Below, piece after piece: positions 33,108 to 54,342 of a stretch of DNA of 64,000 nt. The stretch lies in contig CM074817.1 in the NCBI GenBank assembly GCA_037447605.1, positions 248,001 to 312,000 of the forward strand, given 5' to 3'. A program made the translations under genes and the position numbers. Below the pieces are notes generated by a model that saw only the letters and a list, made by a program, of their open reading frames with translations, did no database searches and was not told the DNA's origin. This stretch comes from Zygnema circumcarinatum SAG 698-1b. Its lineage: Eukaryota; Plantae; Zygnematophyceae. The number at the start of each line of letters is the position of its first letter. Within the stretch, counting starts at the first letter, position 1.

Positions 33108-36100
33108 AAGTAGTTATGACGAAATTACGTTTCAAAAATGAATGTTATGATCAAGAAGATGCTTCTATGATCCATGTGCCGTAGATAAGAGCTGGCATCG
33201 TACAGTTCAAACATTCCGTGTCTGTTCTAGTCAAACTCTAGTCAGTGGCTCCAAATTGACAGAAAATGACCTGAAAAACTGAAGAAGGAAAGAAGAAACT
33301 TGCTCACCGGATCGTCAATTGTGAAACCGAGAACTTTCATTTCAAAACATGTGCGTTCGTCGATTGTCATGCTGCTCCACTCCTTCTCCCACTCCCCATC
33401 CTCCTCTCCCTCCCCTTCCACTACCCCTCTATAGATCGTCTCTTCCTTCCCTATCCCCCCCCTTCCACATCCCACGGAAGTCATAAAACTACCTACCACA
33501 ATATCCTCAAACTCCCCAGGGTCCTCCACTGTAGAAGAACCCCCATCAGAAAATCTTCCATCTCCTGCAGTATATCCATTCAATGGAACACATCCCTGTT
33601 CTACTTTCTGCCTCTTTGCCAACCCTGGAACACCAAAAGGCTGCTCCTTTTCTTTCCCAAACCCTAATCTCCGGAGTGTTTTCAGCCGCTTTTGTGAGCC
33701 ATGTTCCATCATATCCTCTGCCCCTTCTACCTCCACCCCCTGATCCTGCCATCTCCCTCCCTCTCCCGCAGCCTCTCCCGCCCCTCCCGACACATCCTCC
33801 TCATCCAACAGAGGAGGGGTAGTCATCTCCCTAAGACCCATTCCTGCTGTTCCTTTCTCGTTGTCCTCTATTTCATCCTCATCAACTATAGCTGCTAGGA
33901 GTCTCTGAGTAAAGGAAAACCCTAAGCAATATCCTCCATTGAGGTTTTGGCGGAAGAAGAGTTCTTCTCCTCTCATAGAAGCATCTATTGGAGAGGACGT
34001 GTGAGCTGCAAAGGAGTTTTGGGATTGCATGCTATCTGGCAGGTCTATAAGGGGAGATGAATCAATCTGCAATAAGACATTCATAGTCCTTATGTTACAA
34101 CGGATGTAGCACTTTCAGCACACTCTCTTCCTTTTGTCTTGAATTCATCGACAGTAAAAGAAATGAAGGATTTACCATGTTTCGAGACCTCCTCATTCCA
34201 TCTGCATCATCTTGAATACCATCCACAGTCTGTCCCAACTGGTTCCATGCCCCCTCAGTTCCGTTCAGGCATTTGTCTCACTTCCATATTCATCTCTTCA
34301 CCAATTACTTCATTGAAGAAATGATCGCAGATGTTGCTAAAAATTCAAAAATTCCCATTTCCATTCGCCTCGTTCATTACAAGAGCAATCACAAACATAA
34401 TCATTCCCTTGTCGAATTCAGCTAAAAAATAGTCAAGCAATTGTGCAAAACTCCTTTGGATAATGGCTAGTTAGTTAAACCGGAAAAAAAACTGCTGGGC
34501 CAAACCTTAGCATAATGCTCCCCAAATGCAGGGATCTGAAATGCAGAGTCGGTGACATCTTCATCCTTTACCTGCAAAATCCTCTACCAATTGCTTCATT
34601 ACAAGTTCCTAAATTTCAGGCATAGAAGTAAAGAGTACATCAGAATAGCTCCTCTCAGGGAGAAAGAGTGTTGGGAAAGGCAGATTGCGGGAAAGAGAGG
34701 GGGGGGGAGAAGAGGAGGGAGAGGAGGGAGAGAGGGATGCAGAGAGAGGGAAAGCCGCAGGGGGAGAGAAGAGAGCTATAATCACTGAAACTGTCAAAAT
34801 CATACAAACACAAAAGTTAGCCTTCAATCGTAACNNNNNNNNNNCCCCCCCCCCCCCCCCCCCCCTCCTTCAAGATGATGCCATTCATATGGTCTAAGCG
34901 ACTACAATTAACTTACAAGTGAATGCAAAAATTCCATATCTTCGTGTGTCGGTAGCGCAAAATATGGTTCCGTGGACTTCCAGAAAGCGGAAGAGCATGC
35001 GTCAGCTGCCCAGAAGCAGTACAAGCCATCACAACATAGAACCGCATATCAGTTCGTTTAGCACACCTCGACATGTAACCAACGTACGGCTTTCGGGTAG
35101 TGCTGGCAAGCTAAAGTCTGGCCACCTTATCATTTGGCATACTACATGTGATTACACTTCAATAAAATGAGACCTCCACATCGACATGGGGGACGGTTTG
35201 TAATGCCCGTCATTGTTGACTAAACAGGAGAGCAAAATGTGAGGGAAAAAAGGAAGCATGAGGTGGGTAATACAGTTGTCTTGCAACAATTTGGGCACAG
35301 TACTAGAAAAGTTATAGAAAAATTCACCCCTCTCCCTATAGCACCTTCCTTATCTGCTTTTAGGTGACAGCCCAACGAAGCATATAGAACTCCGAAAGGG
35401 TAAATATTAGTGGGAAAGAGAAGGAATACCGCTGAATTTGACTGCCGCTTTGACCGCTGCAGCAAGCTCCTCCAAATCATCATCTGAATCGCCAGAAATG
35501 TCGCCCAAAGCAGTCCCCGAATTGGGCCTTCTTGGACGCACATTTTGCTTCCGCTCTCCTGTTTTCAGCACATGCTTGTTTCTGCCCACCAGACACACAG
35601 AAGGAACAAAGAAAATGTTTCAGATTCCAAATGGAGCATAGTCACTACATAGCAAGCAAGAAGTATTTCAACGCTCGCCAGAATTTTCTTCCCCTTTTCC
35701 TACCTTTACCATAATGATCCAAATAGGCTTCAAACAAAAGATTCTGCGACCAGAATCTGCAGCATGTACCTTCCTTAGGTGGAGGCAAACTGCAGGAAAA
35801 ACTGCAACCCTTACCTATCTCCCTTCTCTCCGCTACCTCGCGCACTGCGAATTTGCTTCGCATTTCCGCCAAAGCTTCCCTCTACCCTCTCTCCATTACT
35901 TGTCGATAACAACTTCGTTCTTGGACCAACTCCCATTCCTCTCCCTGTCCTCCCATGACGTCTCACTCCATCACCTCCTCCCTCCTCCTTCATAGTCGAG
36001 CTTCTCTCCACAAAACCTGACCTTTTAGCAGAGGGAATTTGACCCAGCAACAATCCTGCAGGGCCAGCACATACGTCATCCAGATCTGTCTTCCTGAGCT

Positions 36101-39100
36101 TCTCCCTCTCCCTCTCCCTCTCTTTCTCACTCTGCCCACCATCATCCTCTATTTCCTCCTTGTCCAAGCTTTTCTTCTCCCCCTCCATACCCTCTCCCTC
36201 CTCGCCATCCACTGTCACTTCCAACCGTTCCCTCTCTCGGCTTCTGTCTTTCTCTCTGCTCTTATCTTTAACTCTGTCACCAAATCTCTCCCTCCTGCTC
36301 TCATCAAGCTCCCCCCCTCCATCACCTCCTTCCAATATAGCAGGCGAGGACACTTGACCCGTCCTCTCATTTGAAGACTTGCTCCTAGACAATCCCCCTC
36401 CTCCTGCTGAACTGACATTCCGTCTTTGTGCACTTCCACCACCCGTCCCTCCATTTGATCTCGTCCTATCCAAAAGAGCAGCCTCTTTCCCCACTCCCAT
36501 AGCTCCGCCTCCTCCCGGACTTGTGCTTCCAGGGGCACTCTCTCCCTCCTCCTTCACAAGTGGAGAGGGAGTCAAATTTCCTGCTCTCGCCACTCTCGCC
36601 ATCTTCTGCTGACGTTGCCCTACCCATTGTGTCCTTGGAGGAGAGGGAGAGCGAGAGGAAGCTTTCCTCTTCCTGCTCTCAGCAGCAGAAGAGAGAGAGC
36701 CCGGCTTTTTGGGTACAGCAGAACGGTCTCTACTCTCTGCTACAAAGGAAGCAGCCCGGCCTAGGTTTGACTGAGAATTTGGACCCCCTGCTGAATTTGA
36801 ACGAGGACCTCTAGTCGCTTTTCCCTTCACGATTGTACCTGGGCTAACAATGGGACTACTGTCTCGGTTTGGTCTGCAAAAAACAGGTAGGTTCAGATAA
36901 TTACTTACTCTGAAAAGCAGTCGTGAGGAGGTTGCTGAATGAAGATGACTACTTGCAGAAAAGATCGTTCACAGAGTGATTCCACCAATTAGTATTAAAG
37001 ACCCTGGAACACTTGGTAACATTAGCTGCACTCACCTGACATGCCCATCCTTGGGGGAAGGTCGATCCTTCTCAACAGTTGCTGACTTTTCCCCTCCCTC
37101 ACGTGCAATACTGTCTGCCTCTCCCTTCAACGAATCCCGAACCGTCGCCGATCCTACCACCTTTGTTGCTCCTGCTGCTTCAGCTTTATGAATTGAAGTT
37201 ACTCCATGTACAGGCCCTGAACGGAAGCCATGACCTTCAGACCTTGGACGCCCTTCAAGGCTTAGTCTGTATGCAGAATTCGCCCACTTGTTTTCTCGAA
37301 CACCCTCTGCTCCCTCAGTAGTTCCATTTGCTCCCCCGGAATCCTGCTTAGGGCGAGACCTTTTACCCTTCATTTTCTTCACATCTGACCCTTCATTCCC
37401 TGCTGAGGGTGCACCTGTTGGACGACCCCCTCCCTCTCCCGATAGAGAGGGTGCAGCAGGTAAGGGGCGGGGAGAGCTTCTATCTCCTGCTCCCCAAGCC
37501 TTTTGATGAGGAGGAAAACTTGCACGGCTGCCTCCGTCCTGAAAGCGCACACATAAACAGCGATTAAAACTCATATCAGAAATAGCTCGAGGGTACATTG
37601 CACCGAAATGGGCAATGTACTTGCGGTTTATCTTCTCTCTTAGGACACAGGAAGGGTAATACAACGTAACAGGGGTAGTCTCCTCTCCGAATGCATCAGC
37701 TTACAGCTCATAAAAACAGGCCAACTTCTCATGCCTTTTTCCTGCAAGAACGTGGAGGGGCAACTCGACTCACCCGTCCTTCAGCGATTGCCGTTCGGAC
37801 CCTCTTGTTAGGAGCAGCCATTCTTTGCTTAGAGGGCAAAGCGTTCCCTTCGCCTGCACTTCCACTGCTACTGCTGCCATGTGGACCCCCTGATGCAGAC
37901 ATCCCTTTCACTGCTGAAGCAGTTGGCCGTTCCTTGTCACGTTCGCCTCCTTTAGAACTTCCAAGGGACCTCTCCCGTCCCCCATCACTTTGAGCATCTG
38001 GTCTTGTTCGCCTTCGTGATGTGAGAGAGCCCACCCACTTGTCCAGCTTCTCCGTAGCTCCAACTAGGTGAGCTGATCGTGCCCTGTATGTCCCGAGAGC
38101 CCAGGACGGAAAACTTCATGTAAACAGTTTCATCATTGTGAAGAGGATGACTACATTCACAAACTATAAAGCACAGATCGCACAGAGGCTTGTCTTTCCA
38201 AATGTAGTTGACTTAAGGTCGGGCCCTCAGCATGTGCAATACTTCGAGTATAGGAATAGATATGGACCAAGGCCGCTTTTAAAGGAATAAATTTACAGGT
38301 TAAGTGCGAACAGCCAACTTGACTTGAACGTGATTGTTCACAACCTCACAGCATTTCTTAGAGTCAGAGTCAGGTAGTAAGCCTGTTGGCGATATCATCT
38401 CAGGGTTCCATTTAAGCTCCTTAACTTTGACGCTTATTCTTCTCCTTTCCTGGACTTAGACCGACTCTGACTGGCAATACCAATGTTATGCCCAACCTTC
38501 ACGACATTGACTAAAAACACATCAAAACATGTTCGTCTAGGTGGATTGCTTCTCTGATTGCATTTCATGATCTAACCGCAAACACGGCCTATCAAACTGA
38601 AAGCAGAAAGTTGATCCCAGGGATCATAAGCCAAGTAGTTGCCCTTGTTCTTTAACCGCCGGACAAGTCCTCTTTTACAAGAGGACGAAATTAGGCCAAA
38701 ACTTTTGGCAAGCTCTTACCTTGAAGAGGTTCGAATGCCCTGCAAGTCATATAGGCTAGCTTTCCTAGAATCTTACCGAGCAGCTTCCTTGCAAGCTCGC
38801 AGCTGTGCCCCAATCTTCTTCAACTCTTCGCTTGTGTACGTTCCTGGAGGCCTTCCGTTTTGTACAGACCACTCCTTATTCGCAGCAAATGCAATTGCAT
38901 TGTCCAATTCCGGGTGTTTTGCCCATCTTTTTTCCCCGGTACGAAGCTCTTCTAGCGACAAAATCTTCGCAAGAGGAGAAACATCTCCTGAAGGATAGGC
39001 TCCTGTTCCCCAGCCAGACTGCCCACTAGCACCAGCTCCTCCATGGCTTCTGCTACCTTCTCCAGTTGACTGAACGCTCGCAGCCCTAACTAGGGTTGGC

Positions 39101-39456
39101 CCTAGCCCTAATGATCCCACTATTCCTCCTGCTGCCGCTCCTCCTCCTCCTATCCCTCCACCTACGCTTGGTAATCCTGCACCTGCTCCTCCTCCCCCTG
39201 CACCTCCTCCTGACCCTGCTCCTCCTGGTCCCGCTGCTGCAGTACCTCCTCCCGTTCCAGCTCCCGCTCCTGGTCCAGCTCCTCCTCCAGCTGCAACCAC
39301 TGCTCCTCCACTCCCGTTCGCTCCTCCTCCACCTCCCACTCCTCCCACTCCTCCACTGCCGCTGATACTTCCAACACCTCTCCCACCCAGTGCAGGAATT
39401 GCCTGCAGTAACTCCCCATTCCCAGAACTGCTTTCAAACCTTATCTGAGAAGCCAT
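30605..39456 (-). CDS. ADA3: Plant ADA3-like (SAGA HAT module) protein
   Basis: Multi-exon model from MASQIRFESSSG (39456). Exons encode PNKRVRTAIAEGR, SDDDLEELAAAVKAA, ACSSAFWKSTEPYF, IPAFGEHYAK (cf. TADA3 IPPLGKHY), QRLLAAI, EDDELCIQLRQLQ and KRALKKWEEFEGGRSCF, ending in GLAVPMDDLTELDMF*. The family assignment rests on recalled motifs; some small exons are not fully resolved. Confidence 0.75.
31920..32108 (+). repeat. (GA)n/(GT)n microsatellite in an ADA3-like intron; (CT)n also at 33039-33105
   Basis: Directly visible. Confidence 0.9.
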
Positions 39457-39830
39457 TTATTTCACTCTTTACAATCCTTTCCCCTCCACCTGTAGGCTCC
39501 CCTTCCCATGGGGAGCTTAACCCTAACCCTAATTTTTGCCAGTCACCCTGATCGGCATCTTCATGCCTGCATTCTATGTAGCATGCACAACATTCACATG
39601 CTCCTTCTCTCCCCTAACAAAGTGCGCCATACATGCTGCTGCATAGTGAAGCTCCTGCTGAGGTCCGACTCCCGGCCATGGCGATGGCTATGGCGGCATG
39701 GCCTCCCTCCCAGCTGTCCCCACGTGGCAGGCGCTCAAGCATGCGGGCCGGCCCCCGCAGATGGGAGAGAGGATCCGCACCTTGTAGGGCGGCTCAAGCT
39801 CTAGGGCAGGCAGGAGTTGTGGGGAATCAT

Positions 39831-39920
39831 GGGACTCATGAGACATGGGACATTGTTCGTGTTGTAAACGCATGATTGGGACTCATGAGGCATGGGATAT
39901 TGTTCGTGTTGTAACCATGA
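39831..39920 (+). repeat. 47-bp direct tandem duplication in the ADA3/PurM divergent promoter
   Basis: gggactcatgagacatgggacattgttcgtgttgtaa at 39831 and gggactcatgaggcatgggatattgttcgtgttgtaa at 39878. Confidence 0.9.
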
Positions 39921-40326
39921 ACATGTATCTGGTATGCGTACAATGTACTCGATCCGAAAACAAGAGTAGCTTTGAAAACATATCAATACCAATGTACCAT
40001 CAAATGTTTAGTTTGTGAGGTTCTTCTTACAACTCGAGTTATATCCTTGTTGGGTGTCTGCAGCGAACAATTGTTTCAAGTAGATGAATAAGCCTAACAT
40101 TTCCCTTAGAACCATCCCTCCCACTCAATTCTTCCATCGCACGAGGAGTGTGAATTCATCACTTGAAGCCAAAGGGAATAAATTTGCATTGAACTCATGC
40201 ATGGTGATGCCATCCATGCCATGGAGTACATAAACATAAACAATAACATTGGGAACCACGATGAACAGCTCACAAATGGCGTAACGATGAAAGAGAAAAC
40301 TATGAGCGGAACTTTGCTTCGAGGCC

Positions 40327-40400
40327 CACTACCACCACCACCACCACCACCACCACCACCAACAACAACAACAATCACAACAACAACAACAACAACAACA
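40327..40400 (+). repeat. Compound (CCA)n(CAA)n trinucleotide repeat upstream of PurM
   Basis: Directly visible; makes the poly-P/poly-T pseudo-ORF 40197..40835. Confidence 0.9.
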
Positions 40401-40701
40401 CGGCTCGAGTCAAGCAGTCAAATTATGCACATCGTAAAGACCATGAACTATTGTTTGATTTCGACACAAAGTGCTTCCCAAAGCGGGTCACCGTTGAAAG
40501 GGTCACCGCTGGTAGACTGTTCCGTTGAACAGACCCTCGCCCTCACCAACATGGAGAAGCCCTCTGCCCCATCCCTCCCGTCGCCTCCCCTCTCCGTCGC
40601 GCTCTCTTCACTCTCTCTCTCTCAGGGCGCGCTCTCTCTCCTCTCCACCTTCTCTTTCTCCCCCCTTCCCCCTCTCCGACACTACTCTATCATAAGATTC
40701 C

Positions 40702-43700
40702 ATGAGCATTCTCAAAGCTTCCCAAGCCCTAGGCCATGGCGGCAGCACGCTGTCGGCTTATTCATCGTATGCAGAGGAGAGGAAGCCCCGGACAGCAGCT
40801 TCAGCGTCTCCTACTCCCATGGCAGCCACGGCTGAAGCTTCGCTTGCTCCTAAGACTTTCTTAGGGAGGCCCTTGCCTCTCAAAATGGCTACTTTGAAGG
40901 TCAGAAAGAGGAGCGAAGCAGGGGTGTGTTCTGCCCTGGGTGAGGAAAATGGAAAACGAAACTTAACTTATAAAGAGGCAGGTGTAGACATCGACGCAGG
41001 CGCGGAACTTGTTCGAAGAATCGCAAAAATGACTCCGGGAATCGGCGGATTTGGAGGCCTTTATCCGTTCGGTGGGACGCTCTCTGCTTCCTTTTGAGCA
41101 GCTGCAGTTTTCAGGGTTTGAGAAGAGAGGGAATGTGGGGCTCAGAAGCTTGAATGTCTGCTCAAAATTGTCAAAAATAGAAGTAGACAAGTTATAGAGT
41201 GGAAATGGGAGATTGCTTTGAGCTGCCAACTTGCATTTTTAGTCCAGTCCTTACGATATCCTGCTGATTTTTATTGAAATTTTTAGATTTTTCTCTGGCC
41301 TGATGTATCAGGTGGCTTTACTACCCTGCAGGCGACTCGTATCTTGTGGCGGGAACTGACGGAGTCGGCACAAAACTTAAGATTGCGTTCGAAATGAATG
41401 TGCATGACACGATTGGCATTGACTTGGTGAGCTTAAATGGCCGCATTTGTATTTTTCTAAGTGAAATAAAGCTGCTCTTCTATTCATTTGGGTTTAAGCA
41501 AAGAATCCAAATGTGAAAAATAAGTGATAACGCTACGTCCTTATGCTTGACCCCTTGCAGGATTGGTGCCAGTTTAATTACAATGCCTTATAAAAGTAAT
41601 ATTTTTTTCCGAGTTGCCTTTCTTAATGCTGCATATGGAGAGTAGTATATTGAGTTCATGCACAGCAACCCTGGACACTTAGTCCTCCTAATTCTCCTGA
41701 CTTTTTGCACTTGTCTTCTCGACTTAAAAACGCACAAACCTCTTAGCCTCTGTATGAATGTCTGTTCAGTTGCCGGTTCAGTTGTTCATAACCGTCAGCC
41801 GGCGCAGAGCTGCAGGTTGCAATGAGTGTAAACGACATCGTTACTTCAGGAGCGGAACCTCTTTTTTTTCTCGACTATTTTGCAAGCAGCCGCCTTAATG
41901 TGGACCAGGCAGAGCAGGTAATTCTTCCTTTTCTTAAGATTTTTTTTTTCTTCTGCACCTGCCTCCCAGCCCCAACAAAACCCAAATGGACTCACAAGCT
42001 AGAATATGCTTTCCCCCTGTATCCCCACTCTTCCCCCNNNNNNNNNNCCCCCCCCCCCCCCCCCCCCCCCCTCCCCTCCCCCGCTCACTCTGATCGTTCA
42101 GAACTATGAAAACTTACAACTGATTATGGTTCTGTGGAATGCAAATGTGGCGATGACTGTGTGAAGGATCAGTTCAAATCCTCTTCTTTCTTTCACACAC
42201 AACAGGACGAGTGAAGTGAAAGAAAGTCACGTGCAATATTTCTGTCTCTGTGTGATGTGCAGGTCATTAAGGGAATTGTTGAGGGTTGCCGGCAGTCAGG
42301 ATGTGCCTTATTAGGAGGAGAAGTAAGCTACCCGCTCCATTTGATTGCAGTACAATTGTAGATTGCGTGCATGATTTATTTTGGTTTTCCATATGTAGAT
42401 TCGTTTGTTGGTTACAGGTACTCGATACGCTTCTTTGCAGCATTGAAATTTTGTTGATTAAAGGAAAATTCCCAAAAACAAAGTAAGTCGTTTTTAGTAA
42501 ACTCTGTTTTCTGTTTTGCTAATCGTGTATGATGTGTGAAGTCAATCTGGTTTAAGCCTTGGACGACGAAGCACTCGTTTAGCCTATTTACTACTGCATT
42601 TTGTTTCTTTTTGGGGGTCATGGGGATTTACAGACAGCAGAAATGCCTGGTTTCTATGCAGATGGTGAATACGATTTGAGCGGATTTGCAGTCGGAGCAG
42701 TAAAGAAGACTGACCTTATTGATGGAAGCAAGATTTGTGTTGGCGATCGAATCATAGGTTTGCCATCGAGTGGACTTCACTCAAACGGTTTTTCACTTGC
42801 CAGAAGGTAACCCCCCTCCCCCTACCCCCTCCTCCCTCCTCCCTCCTCCCTCCCCCCTCCCCCCTNNNNNNNNNNCCCCCTCACCCTCCCTCCCCCCTCC
42901 CCCTCGGTTGCTGTCGTCGCCTTGCCTTTTTTTAACCTATTCCTCTCCCTATCCTCCCCTTCTCTCACTCTGCTGCTCGTGCTCATCTCTCTCCCTCTCA
43001 GAGAACAAAGGAAGGTGGGCATGGGAGCAGAGTGGTGGCAGAATCCGGAGCATCCCTCAGTGATCATCTGATGGGGAATGCCGTACATGGCACCATTGGA
43101 GAGGCCCTGTTGGCTCCTACCATTATCTATGTGCAACAGGTAAGAAATGTTGCAACTTCCGTAAAGTGTCGCTTTGAACCTTATATGTTACTTTGTGGAT
43201 AGGTGGGGGAGGGCATCGTAATAAGAGCGATGTATGAAGTGTGCTTAGAACCCCAGTTTATTAAGACTGCTTGTGGGTTTTTTGCTTGTGAAGGTGATGA
43301 AGCTTGTGAAGGCCGGAGGAGTGAAGGCCATTGCCCATATTACAGGGGGCGGCTTCACAGATAATATCCCGAGAGTGTTTCCGAAGGGATTGGGAGCAGC
43401 AGTGTATACAGGGACATGGACTCCTCCACTGATCTTCCAGTGGCTGCAACACGTAAGCCCCTCCAAGGCCAAATCTGATATGCAGTTCTTAACAGTGGAT
43501 ATGACATGAATGATATGGGCGTCGTGTTTTAGGGACTGAAGCTGTGATCATTTGGGGGATTTCATCTGGGAATTTCGCAGGAGGGACGAATCGAGACAGC
43601 AGAAATGCGGCGCACCTTCAATATGGGCATTGGGATGGTGGTGGTGATGTCAAAGGAAGCGGCTCTAAGGGTTGAAGTGGGAGAGAATGGAGGGGGGCCG

Positions 43701-43763
43701 GCCTTTTGTATAGGGGAGGTGGTGGAAGGCGAGGGGGTCACCTTTGTGGAGACCACGGACTGA
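40702..43763 (+). CDS. PUR5: Phosphoribosylformylglycinamidine cyclo-ligase (AIR synthase, PurM/PUR5) with organellar transit peptide
   Basis: Exons encode [95 protein letters not shown] and [12 protein letters not shown]; stop at 43761-43763. Start is ATG 40702 or 40819. Confidence 0.95.
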
Positions 43764-44576
43764 TGGCGAAAGACTCCCCTACTTGTTTGATGTCCGCTTT
43801 AACAAAATCAGCTTTTAAGTGCGTACTTGTAGATCAACATTAAGCAATGCCCTTACCTAATAAACTCCACAGGCTGCAAAGAGAGAGAAAGAGAGAGAGG
43901 GGGGGGGGGGGGGGGGGGGNNNNNNNNNNGAGGGGGAGAGGGGGCGAGGGGGCGAGGGGGAGAGAGGGAGAGAGAGAGCACATAGATGTTCACACAAAAC
44001 ATAGTGCGGTGCATGTTCAGCAAGTACTTCATAGAACAATGTCTATTCACATCACGTGCAACCCGTACCATTTCTGCACTTTACCCATACAACCGCACCA
44101 TCGTTACCATGACCATACCCATATCATATGCATGCCATGATCGTGCATGTTTTTCTCCTTAGGTCCTTTGCGACCAGTTCCTCGTGGTTCCCCGTGATGA
44201 ATTTGTCCATGTACTTTTGATGGCATCATCGCCATCTTGAGATCAATGGCACATCCTTGTCGCATGGTCATCCCTTAGCGAAGTTACGAACACCTTTTTT
44301 AAGTCCAAGTTCAAATTACTATCTATAGTTATTCATCTCTGTAGTGGGGAAAAGCGCTGAAGGGAATATATCTTAACCTTTCTCAAGCTCAATCTTGTCA
44401 CAAAACAACTTTCAGAATTTCCAAAAAGACTATATCTAAGGAAGTAAATATTCGCTTCCCAAAAGTTGTGGAAGACTTCACATGAAACCCAAAAGCCACC
44501 TTTGGGTAAAGGATGGCACTTCTGAACCCTAATTTTCAAAAGGGCGATCGTCACGTCACGCCTTCCTCGAGCCCCA

Positions 44577-44585
44577 TTTCCCGCC
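44577..44585 (+). promoter_or_regulatory. Canonical E2F/DP site TTTCCCGCC about 200 bp upstream of the MCM6 ATG; telo-box-like AACCCTAAT at 44525
   Basis: Exact consensus; E2F control of MCM genes is established in plants and animals. Confidence 0.75.
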
Positions 44586-44778
44586 ATTTTGAGTACTTCA
44601 CTTCGTCTCTGCTCAGCGGAGGAGGGGCTCTCCCTCCGGCCAGCTGGCACCACCTCCCCTTTCCTCTCGCCATGGAGGCGGCATTGCCTGCACTGCCGGG
44701 GAGCGGTTTAAGAGGATGTTGAAAGAGGCTTAAGGAGGGGTTCAGATAGGGGTTTTGAGGAGGAAAGGAGGAGGAGCC

Positions 44779-54009
<9,231 letters not shown>

Positions 54010-54342
54010 GCACAGATGTTAGTACAACTTCATAACCGTAAGCATAAACACAAGCATAAGCATAAGCCTTGATTGCTGTAAAGCTGCATTGTATAGCTTA
54101 TTGGTCCTGGTGCTCCTGACTACAAAAATGATCGGACATACATATGTTTAGTTCGAAATTTTGGCCCCATGTATATCTTGAAGAGTAGCTTGGCTGTATT
54201 AACATTTTCAACCAATCCATCCTTGAAAGCTCTCTGAGTGCTACTCTGACACCATCGATGCCTCCCATTGTAAAAGAATAGACGACAAATATATGGCATC
54301 ACATCCCCTGCTCCTGATTCGCACAGAGCATCTTGCGCTAAC

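Noticed and set aside
40197-40835. 212-aa ORF upstream of PurM
   Set aside because: Built on (CCA)n(CAA)n and CT-rich leader sequence, out of frame with PurM, and with no recognisable domain
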